Below are positions 47,235-57,192 of a DNA stretch of 64,000 nucleotides, one piece after another. A model generated the notes under the pieces. The model ran no database searches. It was not told the origin of the DNA and saw only the letters and a list, made by a program, of their open reading frames with translations. The position numbers and the translations under genes were made by a program. The stretch lies in IMG/VR virus record IMGVR_UViG_3300018405_000012; one strand, given 5' to 3'. The stretch comes from an uncultured virus (IMG/VR IMGVR_UViG_3300018405_000012) (Duplodnaviria; Heunggongvirae; Uroviricota; Caudoviricetes). Every line of letters begins with the position of its first letter. Position 1 is the stretch's first letter.

Positions 47235-48584
47235 TTACGCCTGAATCAGGCCCAGCTGGCGCGCTTGCCAGTGGCTGATGTACTTCACGGTGGCCATCAG
47301 CGCCACTTCGCGCGGGTCAGTATCGGCCTCCATCTGCGCACCAACACGATTCATCAGGTTGATGAAGGTCAGGGCATCGGTCTTCGGGTAGAAAACTTCA
47401 CAGATGATTTCGGTGATCAGTTGATTCAGATCATCACAGCACTTCTCGTGAATCTTGCTGCACAGATCGACCAGCTTACGCTGCGCATCGGCCATGTCCT
47501 CGCCGAGGTCTTTCTCAACGATTTCACCATTGACGATCTGGCGCACGCCATCGCGCACAATGCCGGTCATTTCAGACTGTACCTTGAGGCTGCGCAGGTT
47601 CATCTCACGGGTGTAGATCTGTTCCAGAGCGGTCTTGTTCTCGATCAGCTGACCCTGACTGAACCGACGGCCGGCCATCTCGTTACCGATCAGTGCCTCC
47701 GGGGTAAGACCCTGGTCCAACATCTGGCGGTAGACGCGACCCATCACTGCAACAGTGGTCAGCGAATCCCGACCTGTGGCATAGAGGGTGCCAGCCTTGT
47801 CGGCTGCTTCGTAACGCAACTGGGCACCGCGAATCAACTGGGCAGTTTTGGCCAGCAGGCGGTTGACCAGATCGTTGTACTCGACCAGTGTCAGGTTAAC
47901 ACCCGGCTCGGGTTCACCGTAGATGGCTTGAGCGGCCACCAGAACACCAGGAAGGTGATCGACGTGGAGTGCCTGTACACCTTTGCGACCCGACAGCACT
48001 TGCTGAACTTCAGCATAGCCTTCGTCGTTGCCCAGCCCCAGAATCACAGCCAGTTCTTCGTCGAAACCAGCCATGCCGGTTTTGCAGAGGTCCTTGACTC
48101 GGTCCAGTTCGACCGGGCACAGGTTGCGAGCGGGAGTGTCCAACTGACTGGCAGTCGGGTAGCGCTCATACAGCTGCTTCAGAACAGGGTTGCTGTACAC
48201 GGCAGGGATTTCACGCATCTCCACGGTGTAGGGGAGGGAGGCCTCGACCCGACGGGCACTGACGTAGGCCTGAACACGCGGAACCACGTCCTTGATGTGC
48301 GGCAGAATGACGTTGCGCGTCATGTCATGTAGACGGGAGATGGACAGCGAAGCCAGTTTGATGATGTCGGCTTTGGCCAGGCGATGAAGGTCGTTGTTGG
48401 AACGCTCTTGCAGTACAGTGGTGACATCACTGTTCAGGGCCAGGGCGTTTTCCACCAAGGCGGTTTCAGTGGTCATGGTCAGGCTGAGCAAAGGGCTACC
48501 TTCGCTCGGCAGCACGCGCAGCTTACGCTCAGCCAAACGCTGAGCCACTGGCAGGGCTGCTTCGATGGCGATACGGTTAAGCAT
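47235..48584 (-). CDS. Virion protein (phiKZ gp177-like position)
   Basis: 449 aa; synteny. Confidence 0.7.
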   Translation of the reverse strand: MLNRIAIEAALPVAQRLAERKLRVLPSEGSPLLSLTMTTETALVENALALNSDVTTVLQERSNNDLHRLAKADIIKLASLSISRLHDMTRNVILPHIKDVVPRVQAYVSARRVEASLPYTVEMREIPAVYSNPVLKQLYERYPTASQLDTPARNLCPVELDRVKDLCKTGMAGFDEELAVILGLGNDEGYAEVQQVLSGRKGVQALHVDHLPGVLVAAQAIYGEPEPGVNLTLVEYNDLVNRLLAKTAQLIRGAQLRYEAADKAGTLYATGRDSLTTVAVMGRVYRQMLDQGLTPEALIGNEMAGRRFSQGQLIENKTALEQIYTREMNLRSLKVQSEMTGIVRDGVRQIVNGEIVEKDLGEDMADAQRKLVDLCSKIHEKCCDDLNQLITEIICEVFYPKTDALTFINLMNRVGAQMEADTDPREVALMATVKYISHWQARQLGLIQA

Positions 48585-48771
48585 GTTCGCGACCCTCGAT
48601 TACATTGTTCAGTTCGGCAGCCAGGATAGCTGCGATCGTGCGATCGTTCAGCGTGGTACCTTCCAGACGGTTGGAGATCATGTTGCCGGAGACGTTTCCG
48701 ATGATCTCGGTGCCGATGTCGACGGCGTTCGCCAACACCGACAGGTTGTCAAAAGTAGTATTGGTGCTCAT
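48577..48771 (-). CDS. Small hypothetical protein
   Basis: 64 aa, coupled to the next gene. Confidence 0.65.
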   Translation of the reverse strand: MSTNTTFDNLSVLANAVDIGTEIIGNVSGNMISNRLEGTTLNDRTIAAILAAELNNVIEGREHA

Positions 48772-48845
48772 GAGAGAAAACCCTGTTTTGTGAAGCTGTA
48801 AAAGGAGGGCCAGAGACCCTTGAAGATCTCTGGCCTTCGATCACG

Positions 48846-49970
48846 TTATTTACCGTCCATCCACATCGCGGCAGCGTTTTCACCAATCGCTGTCAAGACC
48901 GAGATGGTCATGCCAGACAACAGTGCGGACAATACAATCCGGTCCATGACCGACTTGGCACCGAAGACTGCGTTGACTGTCCGTCCCGATTCGGTCTCAT
49001 TGATCCCCGACAACCGGTGACCGACAACACTCTTCATCTGGGAGGCAAATACCAACTTGTCCCCTACCGACATTCCTTCACGGTGCGTGATGTACACCTT
49101 GATTGCCATGTGATCGAGTTCGAGACCGTTGCCATCAATACGCAATGACTGATCCACTTGCCCACTGGCTGCCGGTTTACCCAGCCGCTTGGCCACCTTA
49201 CGGCGACGCTTGTCGTGAGCCAACGCCAACTCCAAAAGCGAATCCGACATGTCGTCCGGGTCACCATGGTAGAAGACTTCGATCTTCGAGACTTCACCTA
49301 CAGCGCCTGCCGAAGGTGTTGCCGATGACATTAGGCGCAAGGTATCCAGATCGTCGTCTGAGAACAAGCCGGATTCGGCTGTTACAGCGTCTTCGATCGT
49401 ACATAGGATAGTTGCGATGTCCGTGTGGTCGCCTTCCTTGACCAAGTTACGGATTGTCTGGTCAAACCGAACAACAATGGTCTTGACCTTGGTGACTTCC
49501 GATCCCAGTTGCTCAGCCAACCAATCATCAATGGCCGAGGAGTCCTCGAGCGTATAGGACGCTTCCATCAAAGCTGTCCGGGCAATCACCCCTGCCATCC
49601 ACTGTACCTGCTTGGGATGGAACCGGCTGGGCTTGAAGAACCCGGCGTTGTACTTGAGGATGTCGCCCTTCTCGATCTTGTCGCCCAGCTTCAGGGTTGT
49701 AGCCTGTCGCTGCGGATAGACCGAACCGGCCGAGATGCCATACTGCGTGGTCAGATCAACGTGTTCAAACGTCCCGTCCTCATACGCCACCACCAGATGC
49801 TCGTCACTCTGCTCAACCACTTCACCTGCTTTAGAAGCAGGCACGGCGAAGATCTCATCGACCCGATGGGCCAGAATGTGATCGTAACCGGTGCTGATAG
49901 GTGACTCACGGTAACCCTGTGCAGCGATTACGTGAGACTGCTGGATGCCGATGAAGTTGACGCGTTTTGG
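48846..49970 (-). CDS. Virion RNAP beta subunit (phiKZ gp178-like), exon 3 (PKRVNFIGIQQSH...)
   Basis: EDS and GDKL...QMKSV beta motifs; frame open back to the terminal G at 49971. Confidence 0.9.
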   Translation of the reverse strand, partial: PKRVNFIGIQQSHVIAAQGYRESPISTGYDHILAHRVDEIFAVPASKAGEVVEQSDEHLVVAYEDGTFEHVDLTTQYGISAGSVYPQRQATTLKLGDKIEKGDILKYNAGFFKPSRFHPKQVQWMAGVIARTALMEASYTLEDSSAIDDWLAEQLGSEVTKVKTIVVRFDQTIRNLVKEGDHTDIATILCTIEDAVTAESGLFSDDDLDTLRLMSSATPSAGAVGEVSKIEVFYHGDPDDMSDSLLELALAHDKRRRKVAKRLGKPAASGQVDQSLRIDGNGLELDHMAIKVYITHREGMSVGDKLVFASQMKSVVGHRLSGINETESGRTVNAVFGAKSVMDRIVLSALLSGMTISVLTAIGENAAAMWMDGK

Positions 49971-51356
49971 CGATGTCTTCGGTTAGGTTCGTTAAGCCTA
50001 ACCCGCACCATTACGTGCAGCTCTGGGCTTTCCCCAGATGTCGAGACTATATCTTTACCCTCACTGTAGGGTAGTCCACATTTCCACTCACTTGAGTGTA
50101 CAGGCTGACGAGGCCTTAGTCGTTGAACCCGATCACCGTATCCGAAGACTTAGGTGCTTGGCTGCTGATTACCCAATCCTCACACTTTTCTAACCATGAC
50201 CGTCTGATCTTTCGATCTCCGTTTTGGTAGTGAGGCTCTAAGGATGTCCCAGCAATTAGAGGACGCTCAGTTAACCATTACTGATTAACCGGACCATTGT
50301 TACGGGCTGCATAGTCCGAATAGTACATGAATCTATATCCATCCCCATACGCCCGATCTGGGCGCTTGAGTCTGTAATCAAGAAGAGTTGGCGAGATATC
50401 GAATTTCCTAGCCGCATCTGTACATTGAGGAAATATCTCAATTGACTCACACGTGTCGTCAATTACTACGACAGACCTTTTCTTAGTGTACAAATCCAAT
50501 TCCAAGTAGGGGTCTTCTACGTGTCGCCATGGTTTAGGATCACTAGCCAATTTTACCTGAATGTATCCAGGGAGTACTGGCTGGTTTTCTTGTTTTAACC
50601 ATAGTGTCAACTTCGATTGATTGGTTCCTAGGAGCATAGCGAGCGTTTTAAGCTTCGAGAATGACTTTATTTTCCCTGTTAGAAGTTCTCTCACTAAAAC
50701 TACTTTGCCATTGCGGTCCGGGAATGTCTTCCTTAATTCCTTTCCAGGAATGAACCAATCTTCTTCATCATGGAGACGTTTATACTGCCGTCCATCGGGA
50801 AATACCTTCTGTCCCTTAGACATTATCCTCCACAGTACAGCGTCCTTTGTCAAACCTAGATTAAGTGCGCATTTGATAGCACTTGGAAACTCAATAACAA
50901 TACCAGTTACCGAGTCCCTGACAAGGACGGGAACGCATTTACTGGTCAATTGGTTATAACCAGCGTGTTCAGCGTTACCTGTATAAGTCTCCCACTCGAG
51001 ATTATCAAGGAAATCATCGCCCTTGATGCAGTTCTTGTGGTTGACCACTAGGTTATCTATTGGGTATCCTGGGTGTTTGAAGACGAAGCACATGAGTCTG
51101 TGTCGACCCCAAGTTAACACCTTTCCATTGTCCCCAATTAATCGAAAGTTAAAGTAACCCTTCGGATTTCGACTTCCTTGCAGATATTTCCCATCTGCCC
51201 GCCTAATTACTTCCCCAGTTATGGAAATCCCATAACGACTATATCCAGAAATTTCATAGAAACCTGGATAGTCCTCTAACTCGATTGGATTCATGTGCAA
51301 CTCCTATCATGACATACAATAGGAGTACTATATTCATTACTATACAGCAAACATTA
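49971..51356 (-). mobile_element. Group I intron (1386 nt) carrying an HNH homing endonuclease near its 5' end
   Basis: Joins ...SDRDD|PKRVNF in frame; AAUUGCUGGGA, CAGCAGCC, GUUCAACGACUA and AAGAUAUAGUC core motifs at about 50040-50260. Confidence 0.92.
50278..51294 (-). CDS. Intron-encoded HNH homing endonuclease (NUMOD4-like N-terminus, HNH, repeated helical DNA-binding modules)
   Basis: HRL...VNHKN...DNLEW...N..HA; AT-richer than its flanks; ATG 51294 with AGGAG RBS. Confidence 0.9.
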   Translation of the reverse strand: MNPIELEDYPGFYEISGYSRYGISITGEVIRRADGKYLQGSRNPKGYFNFRLIGDNGKVLTWGRHRLMCFVFKHPGYPIDNLVVNHKNCIKGDDFLDNLEWETYTGNAEHAGYNQLTSKCVPVLVRDSVTGIVIEFPSAIKCALNLGLTKDAVLWRIMSKGQKVFPDGRQYKRLHDEEDWFIPGKELRKTFPDRNGKVVLVRELLTGKIKSFSKLKTLAMLLGTNQSKLTLWLKQENQPVLPGYIQVKLASDPKPWRHVEDPYLELDLYTKKRSVVVIDDTCESIEIFPQCTDAARKFDISPTLLDYRLKRPDRAYGDGYRFMYYSDYAARNNGPVNQ

Positions 51357-52814
51357 ATCGTCTCGGTCAGAGAACGGTGAGATCAAAGCTGATGTCGACA
51401 GCAGGTTAGCCGAACCATCCTTTTCCTTGTCGTACTTGCGAACGGTACCGCGAATGCTGGTGATGTTGGCATTCGGTGACATGTAGGTGATGACCGCCAC
51501 GTCCCCCGAGTCCACTGTATCCCCAGAGATGAAGCCAATATCACTTTCCTTGTACAGGCGAGATTCTGCGGTCATCGAGCGGCTGCTCCGTCCACCGCGA
51601 CCCCCGTACGTGATGATCTCCTTTTGCTTGAGGTTCTGAATCGGGTTGATGTCATCGACCAGTGCCGACGCCGGGTCTTGGACGATGTTGGTCCAGACTT
51701 CATGGGGCTTCATGGTGACTTGAGAGTTGCTCGATGCACTGCGCGAGTTATACACCCGAATCGAACGCACCAGTTCCCCATAGACTGCTCCCGGAATCCG
51801 CTCATAGCCCTTGGCTCGTTCGAGACCATCGATCAGACCTTCCGCCCCTTCCACAACAGTTGGGACATAACGGTTGATCAGCAGCTCGACAGCCCGTAGC
51901 AACAATGGCACATACTCGGTGGGTTCTTTCATCCACTCGAGTACGCCCTTGGTGATCGGATCGACCCACATGGCGTTCATCAGGTCCAGTTCACGCAAAT
52001 ACCGCAACCCGATGCCGTTGGCGTCCAATACCGTGAAGTACACATCCTTGGCATTGAAGCTATGGCGACTGAAGCTCTTGATCTGCTTGTGATAGTGCAC
52101 GAACCCGGCGAAAATCATACTGACTTTGTCGTCGGTCTTGTCGAGCACCACCGTTTCATCCAGGAACTTCAACGCGTACTCATCCGGCCCCATCTGCAGC
52201 CTAGTTCCAACAGGGACCGTCCGGAAGCTGGCTTTGGTCAGTTCAAGCAACCGATCAAACCCGACCAGATACGCCAGTGCGATTCCAACCGGCATGGTTT
52301 TACCGAAGATGCTGATTTCAGCCATCCCCACCGGGGCCTTTTCACGGTTCAGGTTAAACAGCTCTTCGACATGACCCAGCTCTTCAACCTGTTCATTACC
52401 CTTAACCAGGTAGAAAGCATTGTCACGGTCCACCAGTACATAACCGTTGTCGCGCTTACCGCAGACCACCATCCCAGGATGCTTGTTCTCCAGCGCTTCG
52501 ACCTGTACCATGTCCAATACACGGCTGCGGTGGCGGTTCTTGTAATCGAACCAGTACTGTCCATTCGACTCAAAGGACATCACACGGCTGCCGATGATGG
52601 TGTAAATCGTGGGCAGGTCAAGTCCGAAGTCCGCTACGTCAGCGACCTTTACATTGTTGATGTCGTTATCGGTCTTATCCAGACCCTTGGCGACAATCTG
52701 CTTACCGATCCAGGCATCGTAGTTGAACACAGAGCGCTGAGAGCGTTCGATGAACAACTTACTGTAGTAGCTGGTCAGTGCTACACGGGTGGGGTTAACT
52801 TTTCTGATGGGAAT
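51357..52814 (-). CDS. Virion RNAP beta subunit, exon 2 (IPIRKV...SDRDD)
   Basis: GYERI.G, INPI and GRGGRS motifs. Confidence 0.9.
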
Positions 52815-53278
52815 CAACCCCATCTGGTTGGACCATATCTTCATCCTCAGCACTCTATTGAGTTGTAGGATGCCTACCGTTTCCCCATTCTTAATGAACA
52901 GGTACTCTACTCGCTTTAAAGACTCCTAAGAGCCACCACCTGGCTTTATGCAGATGTCATTAGTCCGTATGTACGGATGTAGCTTTCGATGGCCTCTGAG
53001 CACATCCCATGGCCTTGTAGGGCGTTAGGGACTTCGCTGCGTCGGTTGCGCCTATCGTTGACGTTTTTACCATGCTCATCGCTTCCATTACTGGGATGAG
53101 TGTTACTCTCAGTTTCCTGGAGCAAGTGGTAGCCAATGACCTTAACGGCGTTTTCCCGCAATTAGGTAGGTTTGCTAGTGACGCATTACTGCATCACGCG
53201 AACATTCGTTTCCGGTGTAATGATTTTACTGGGGTCGAACACATGTCCCCGTGCTTTAACGATTACTGGAAATTATTT
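52815..53278 (-). ncRNA. Group I intron without ORF (464 nt) in virion RNAP beta
   Basis: Joins KAD|IPIRK; P1 GCGGAU/GUUCGC, P10 GAAU/AUUC, AAUUGCGGGAA, UCAGAGGCCA and AAGAUAUGGUCC; terminal G. Confidence 0.88.
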
Positions 53279-55087
53279 ATCCGCTTTCTGAGTCCGCAAC
53301 CGATACCGTTGACCGTTGGAGATGTACACCCCGCGCTTGTCAACGACCGGCACCCGGAACGAGATGGTCGAAGGTTTTCCCGTTACAGGAGTCAACTGGA
53401 TCTTGTGGATCTCATAGTGACTGACCGCATCCTGCACCACCTCTACCTTATACCCAGTAACTGCTACACCGGCTTTCTGAACGGACATCACCGCATTGAG
53501 AATGTCCTTTTTCATCACCCGTTCGATGTACTGACTGTCCATCTGCTCCACGGTGGATTGCAACATGGATTCGTCACGCACCGCGTCAGTCTTAGGGTAG
53601 TTGTCAGCTGCCGAGAGGATTTGATCTTCATCGGTGATGACCAGCGACTCTTCCACAGTCTTCCCTGTGTTCCACGGATCGGGCATGGTCTTGTACGACT
53701 CGGCCAGACGCTGCATCCGACGGTACTGGGCAGCGGTATACAGGTCCTTGTCCACCAATTCATCGAGCTTAGCCTGAATGCTGCTAGTCAGGGTGTGTGC
53801 GATGTTGCTGGTACCGACCACTTGACCGACGCTTTCGCGTTTATCCTGGTCAGCCTCAATCACCAGCTCCCCGTCCTCATCGGTGAGTACAGTGTCGGTA
53901 TTGTCGGTCGCTGGCTCATCGAGTTCTTCAGCCAGTTCTTCTTCCACCTCGTCGATGGTCAGTTCGGGAGTGGTTGACTCCTCCAGCAGTCGGGCTTCTT
54001 CGTCAGCTTCTTCCTTGGCCTGAGCCGCTTCTTCAGGGTCCACCTCGCCTGCTTCAGGGGATTCCTCCAGCAAATCCGGATCAACTTCGGCCTGCACTGT
54101 ACTGGTCTGAGCAACAACCCGTGTCAACATCTTCAGGAAGCGCAACTGGATGATCTTGGGGTCAATGCCAGCCGCAGCTTCCATCGAAACCTGCATGTCC
54201 TCATCCAGCGTCATGTCACCATTGTTCTCCATCGAGACATACCGATCAAAGGTCTCCTCGAAGTCAAACTCAGGGTCCGGTTCACCGATGGTCAGAGATT
54301 CCATAGAGACACCGGCACCTGCTTTACGCCAGCTATTGAGCAAGCCCAAGTTGATGGTCAGGAACCCAGTCTCGCGGCGAATAAGCAGTTCGATCTCATG
54401 TAGGCGCGATTCGTCCAACTTAGCCATTGGCGCCTTGGCACGGTGTTCGCCCAACCACATCCACAGATCCAGCAGATCCAGACGCTCACGTGAGTTGAAT
54501 ACTTTCATCAACATCGGCGTCATGTTGCGCTCTGCTTTACGCAGATCCGACAGGGCTGGCAGGCTCTGAGGGACATCCATCACGACCAGATGATGACGTT
54601 CGTGAGGAGTCTTCAGCTGATTGATCCGCTCCCATTGCGTGGAACGAATGTTCTTCCAGTACCACCACCGACTCAGAGCCGAACGCTGATACTTGTACAT
54701 GTGTCCGATCATGGCGTAGTTGACCACCACCATGTTGGTCAGCTCTTTGGTGCTACCGATGTAATCGCGCATCGGTCGGATGAACATGTGCTCACGCCGA
54801 TACTGCTGAATCATCGGACCAATCAGCTTATAGGTCGGCCGGGGATTGCCGTCTTTAACCAACAGATCAGATACATGATCAATGAAGACCAACCGCTGGG
54901 CCGCCTTGATGGCAGGGTCGTCATTGGCCGGGCCGAGTTCAGTCTCGGTGACGGGCATGTAGTGGTAGACCGTACCACGCGGTAGCGCAAAGCGACTGAT
55001 CGGCCTGACCTTGGGGTTTTCCAGACCACCCAAGCGTCGAATACCGAACAGCTTTTCATAGCGCTCGTAAAGAAACATTACAGCCAT
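53279..55087 (-). CDS. Virion RNAP beta subunit, exon 1; spliced product about 1463 aa
   Basis: AGGAG RBS before ATG 55087; ends ...SNGQRYRLRTQKAD; acidic linker with SME sites. Confidence 0.88.
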
Positions 55088-55116
55088 GTTAAATCTCCTG
55101 GCGCTCACATATCGAC

Positions 55117-55311
55117 TTAGGCTTTTGCCCGGCCGTGTTTGAAGCGACCCGTCATGTTGGCAATCACGTACTTGATGGTGTCGTAGTTGTAGGAGGAAAG
55201 CAGGCTGCCGTCAGTGTCGACCCAATACTGGCGACTGCTGAGCAGTTTGTCGTTTTCATCCAAGGCTTCATTACTCATCACCAAGGTTGCAGAACCAGTG
55301 TCTCCGTCAAA
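55117..55311 (-). CDS. Virion RNAP beta' subunit, exon 2 (FDGDTGS...)
   Basis: Completes ADFDGD. Confidence 0.9.
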   Translation of the reverse strand, partial: FDGDTGSATLVMSNEALDENDKLLSSRQYWVDTDGSLLSSYNYDTIKYVIANMTGRFKHGRAKA

Positions 55312-55673
55312 CGGTATCTTCGGGTAGAGCCGCAACGCTCTACCCCGTGCACTCAAGCACTGCTCCAGGCTTTCCCTAGATGTCGAGACTATATCTTCAC
55401 CTTCACCCTGAGGTGGTCAGGTGTCTCCCATTTCGGAACGCTTGTTCCTACGGGGCGCTACCCCCTAGTCGTTGAACCTTCCCCATGCCGTTTGGTTTAG
55501 GGGCTTGGCTGCTAAAGGGACTCTTAGAGTCCACGGTTCCCCATTGTACATCCGTCCCGTTTTCAGACCATGGCTTTGCCTTTCGGCTCGCAGTGGTGGG
55601 ACAGCTTTAGGGGGTTCCAGCAATTAGAGAGAAATCACTCCATCATTTCGGATGGAGGGGACTTTACTTGTTA
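55312..55673 (-). ncRNA. Group I intron without ORF (362 nt) in the virion RNAP beta' catalytic motif
   Basis: P1 GGAU/GUCC, AAUUGCUGGAA, GUUCAACGACUA and AAGAUAUAGUC; terminal G at 55312. Confidence 0.92.
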
Positions 55674-57122
55674 ATCCGCCTGCAATCCCACCAGTTTGGC
55701 GGAATGTGGTGACTGACTGTCCATATAGGACGTCGATCCAGTCAATGGAAACTCAAGGGCGACATGATCTTCTGGATAGGGTTCCCAGTTATCGTCGAGT
55801 TCAGTCCGCTTCTCACCCACGATGGTCGTCTTGACATAGATGCGGCTCGCATAGATCGAGCGGTTACCGGAAATGGGGTAACGACTGATCTGGGCAAAAT
55901 ACCGGTTCCAGTGCTTGTAACCACAGAGGTAGAGCAACTCCACCAAGTTGATGGGGTGGACATGATCACGGTTAAGCTCGGCAGGCATGTCATGCAGATC
56001 GTGGAAGATCTTGAAAGTCATGTCCGGACCTTTATAGATCAGGGCCAGATAATTCCCCTCCACCTCAATAGCCCGATGACGCACATCCATCATCTGGTAG
56101 CGATCGATGATCCGCTCCAATCCATCGCGGGTGGTCCACAGATCACGGGTTTCAGGCGACAGAGTTACCCACTTGGGACGGAGGGTTTCCTTGTCAATCA
56201 GGCGGGCTTGACCTTCCCCTGGGTTGATCAGCGGCTCTACCAGGTTACGCAGATGGTGGATGGTGACTGGGGTCAGTCCCTTGATGACCTGAAACAGGCC
56301 AAGGGTCGTGGCATCGAAACCCGGTGCATTAGTGTCATCCAAGTTGGCAATGGAGGTGTCCATTACGGTCAGGACGTTCCGGGTACCGTAAGTCACCCGA
56401 CGGCTGGCCCACTTGTCCAGAATCAGACCATTCTTACCGGACAGCATACCTTCGATGAGGTCGTAGATTTCCATCAGGCAGTTGGTCAGTGCGTTACGGG
56501 CAATGTCCAGGGCGGGTGATTCCATGTCACTGCTAATCGGGATGGTGTTACTGATTGACAGTGCCCGGTAATACAAGTCATGGATCTCGTTCTTAGAGAC
56601 CACACCGTTGTCACTGATCTCAAGGTCACGCATCCCAGCCGGAATAATCGGCAAGTACTGCCCCAATGCGGTATCACGCCACTGATTAATGAACTCAACG
56701 CGCATCTGGCGGGTTGGCGACTTGCTCTTGCGCAGCTGCAGTTCATGGAAGTGACGAACAAAGAAGCTGTAACCGGTTTCAGCCTTCTCGGACTTGTCTG
56801 CAATGAAATCCTTGGACACCGGGTCAAAAATGGCGGTCTCCCGCCCACTGACGATCCCACGGTAAATACCTTTCAGGCTCATCAGGTCCCTGAAGATCTT
56901 GGGGTGAAACACCCGGACCTTGAGGTTAATGTAGGAAAAGGTGGTTTCGCGTTGATCTGAACCCACCCGACCGAAGATCCGGGTTGAATACAGTCCCTCA
57001 TCGTGAAATTCACTGCTGGCCCCGTCGTAGATATCAAGGCTGGTGACCGGGGTCAAGCGACTGACCCGTTCTTTAGTCAGGACCATTGGCCAGACCTTGG
57101 CCGGAATCTCTGCGTAATTCAT
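55674..57122 (-). CDS. Virion RNAP beta' N-terminal subunit (phiKZ gp180-like), exon 1; spliced product about 547 aa
   Basis: EGLYS..IFG, IIPAGMRD, GTRNV and RYPI motifs; ends ...LVGLQAD. Confidence 0.92.
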
Positions 57123-57192
57123 AGTGGGATTTCCAACAGTTGGTATGAAAGAAGGCTAATCTTATTTAAAGCCTGCGTGGAGTATCTAGACC

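Noticed and set aside
52946..53161. 71-aa ORF inside the intron as a possible endonuclease remnant
   Set aside because: Overlaps the ribozyme core motifs; no nuclease motif or RBS
55117..55356. Stand-alone 79-aa gene
   Set aside because: Exon 2 of vRNAP beta' plus intron sequence
26476..57147. Individual TATG late promoters upstream of structural genes (e.g. 26476, 57144)
   Set aside because: A four-base motif is too common to call without TSS data
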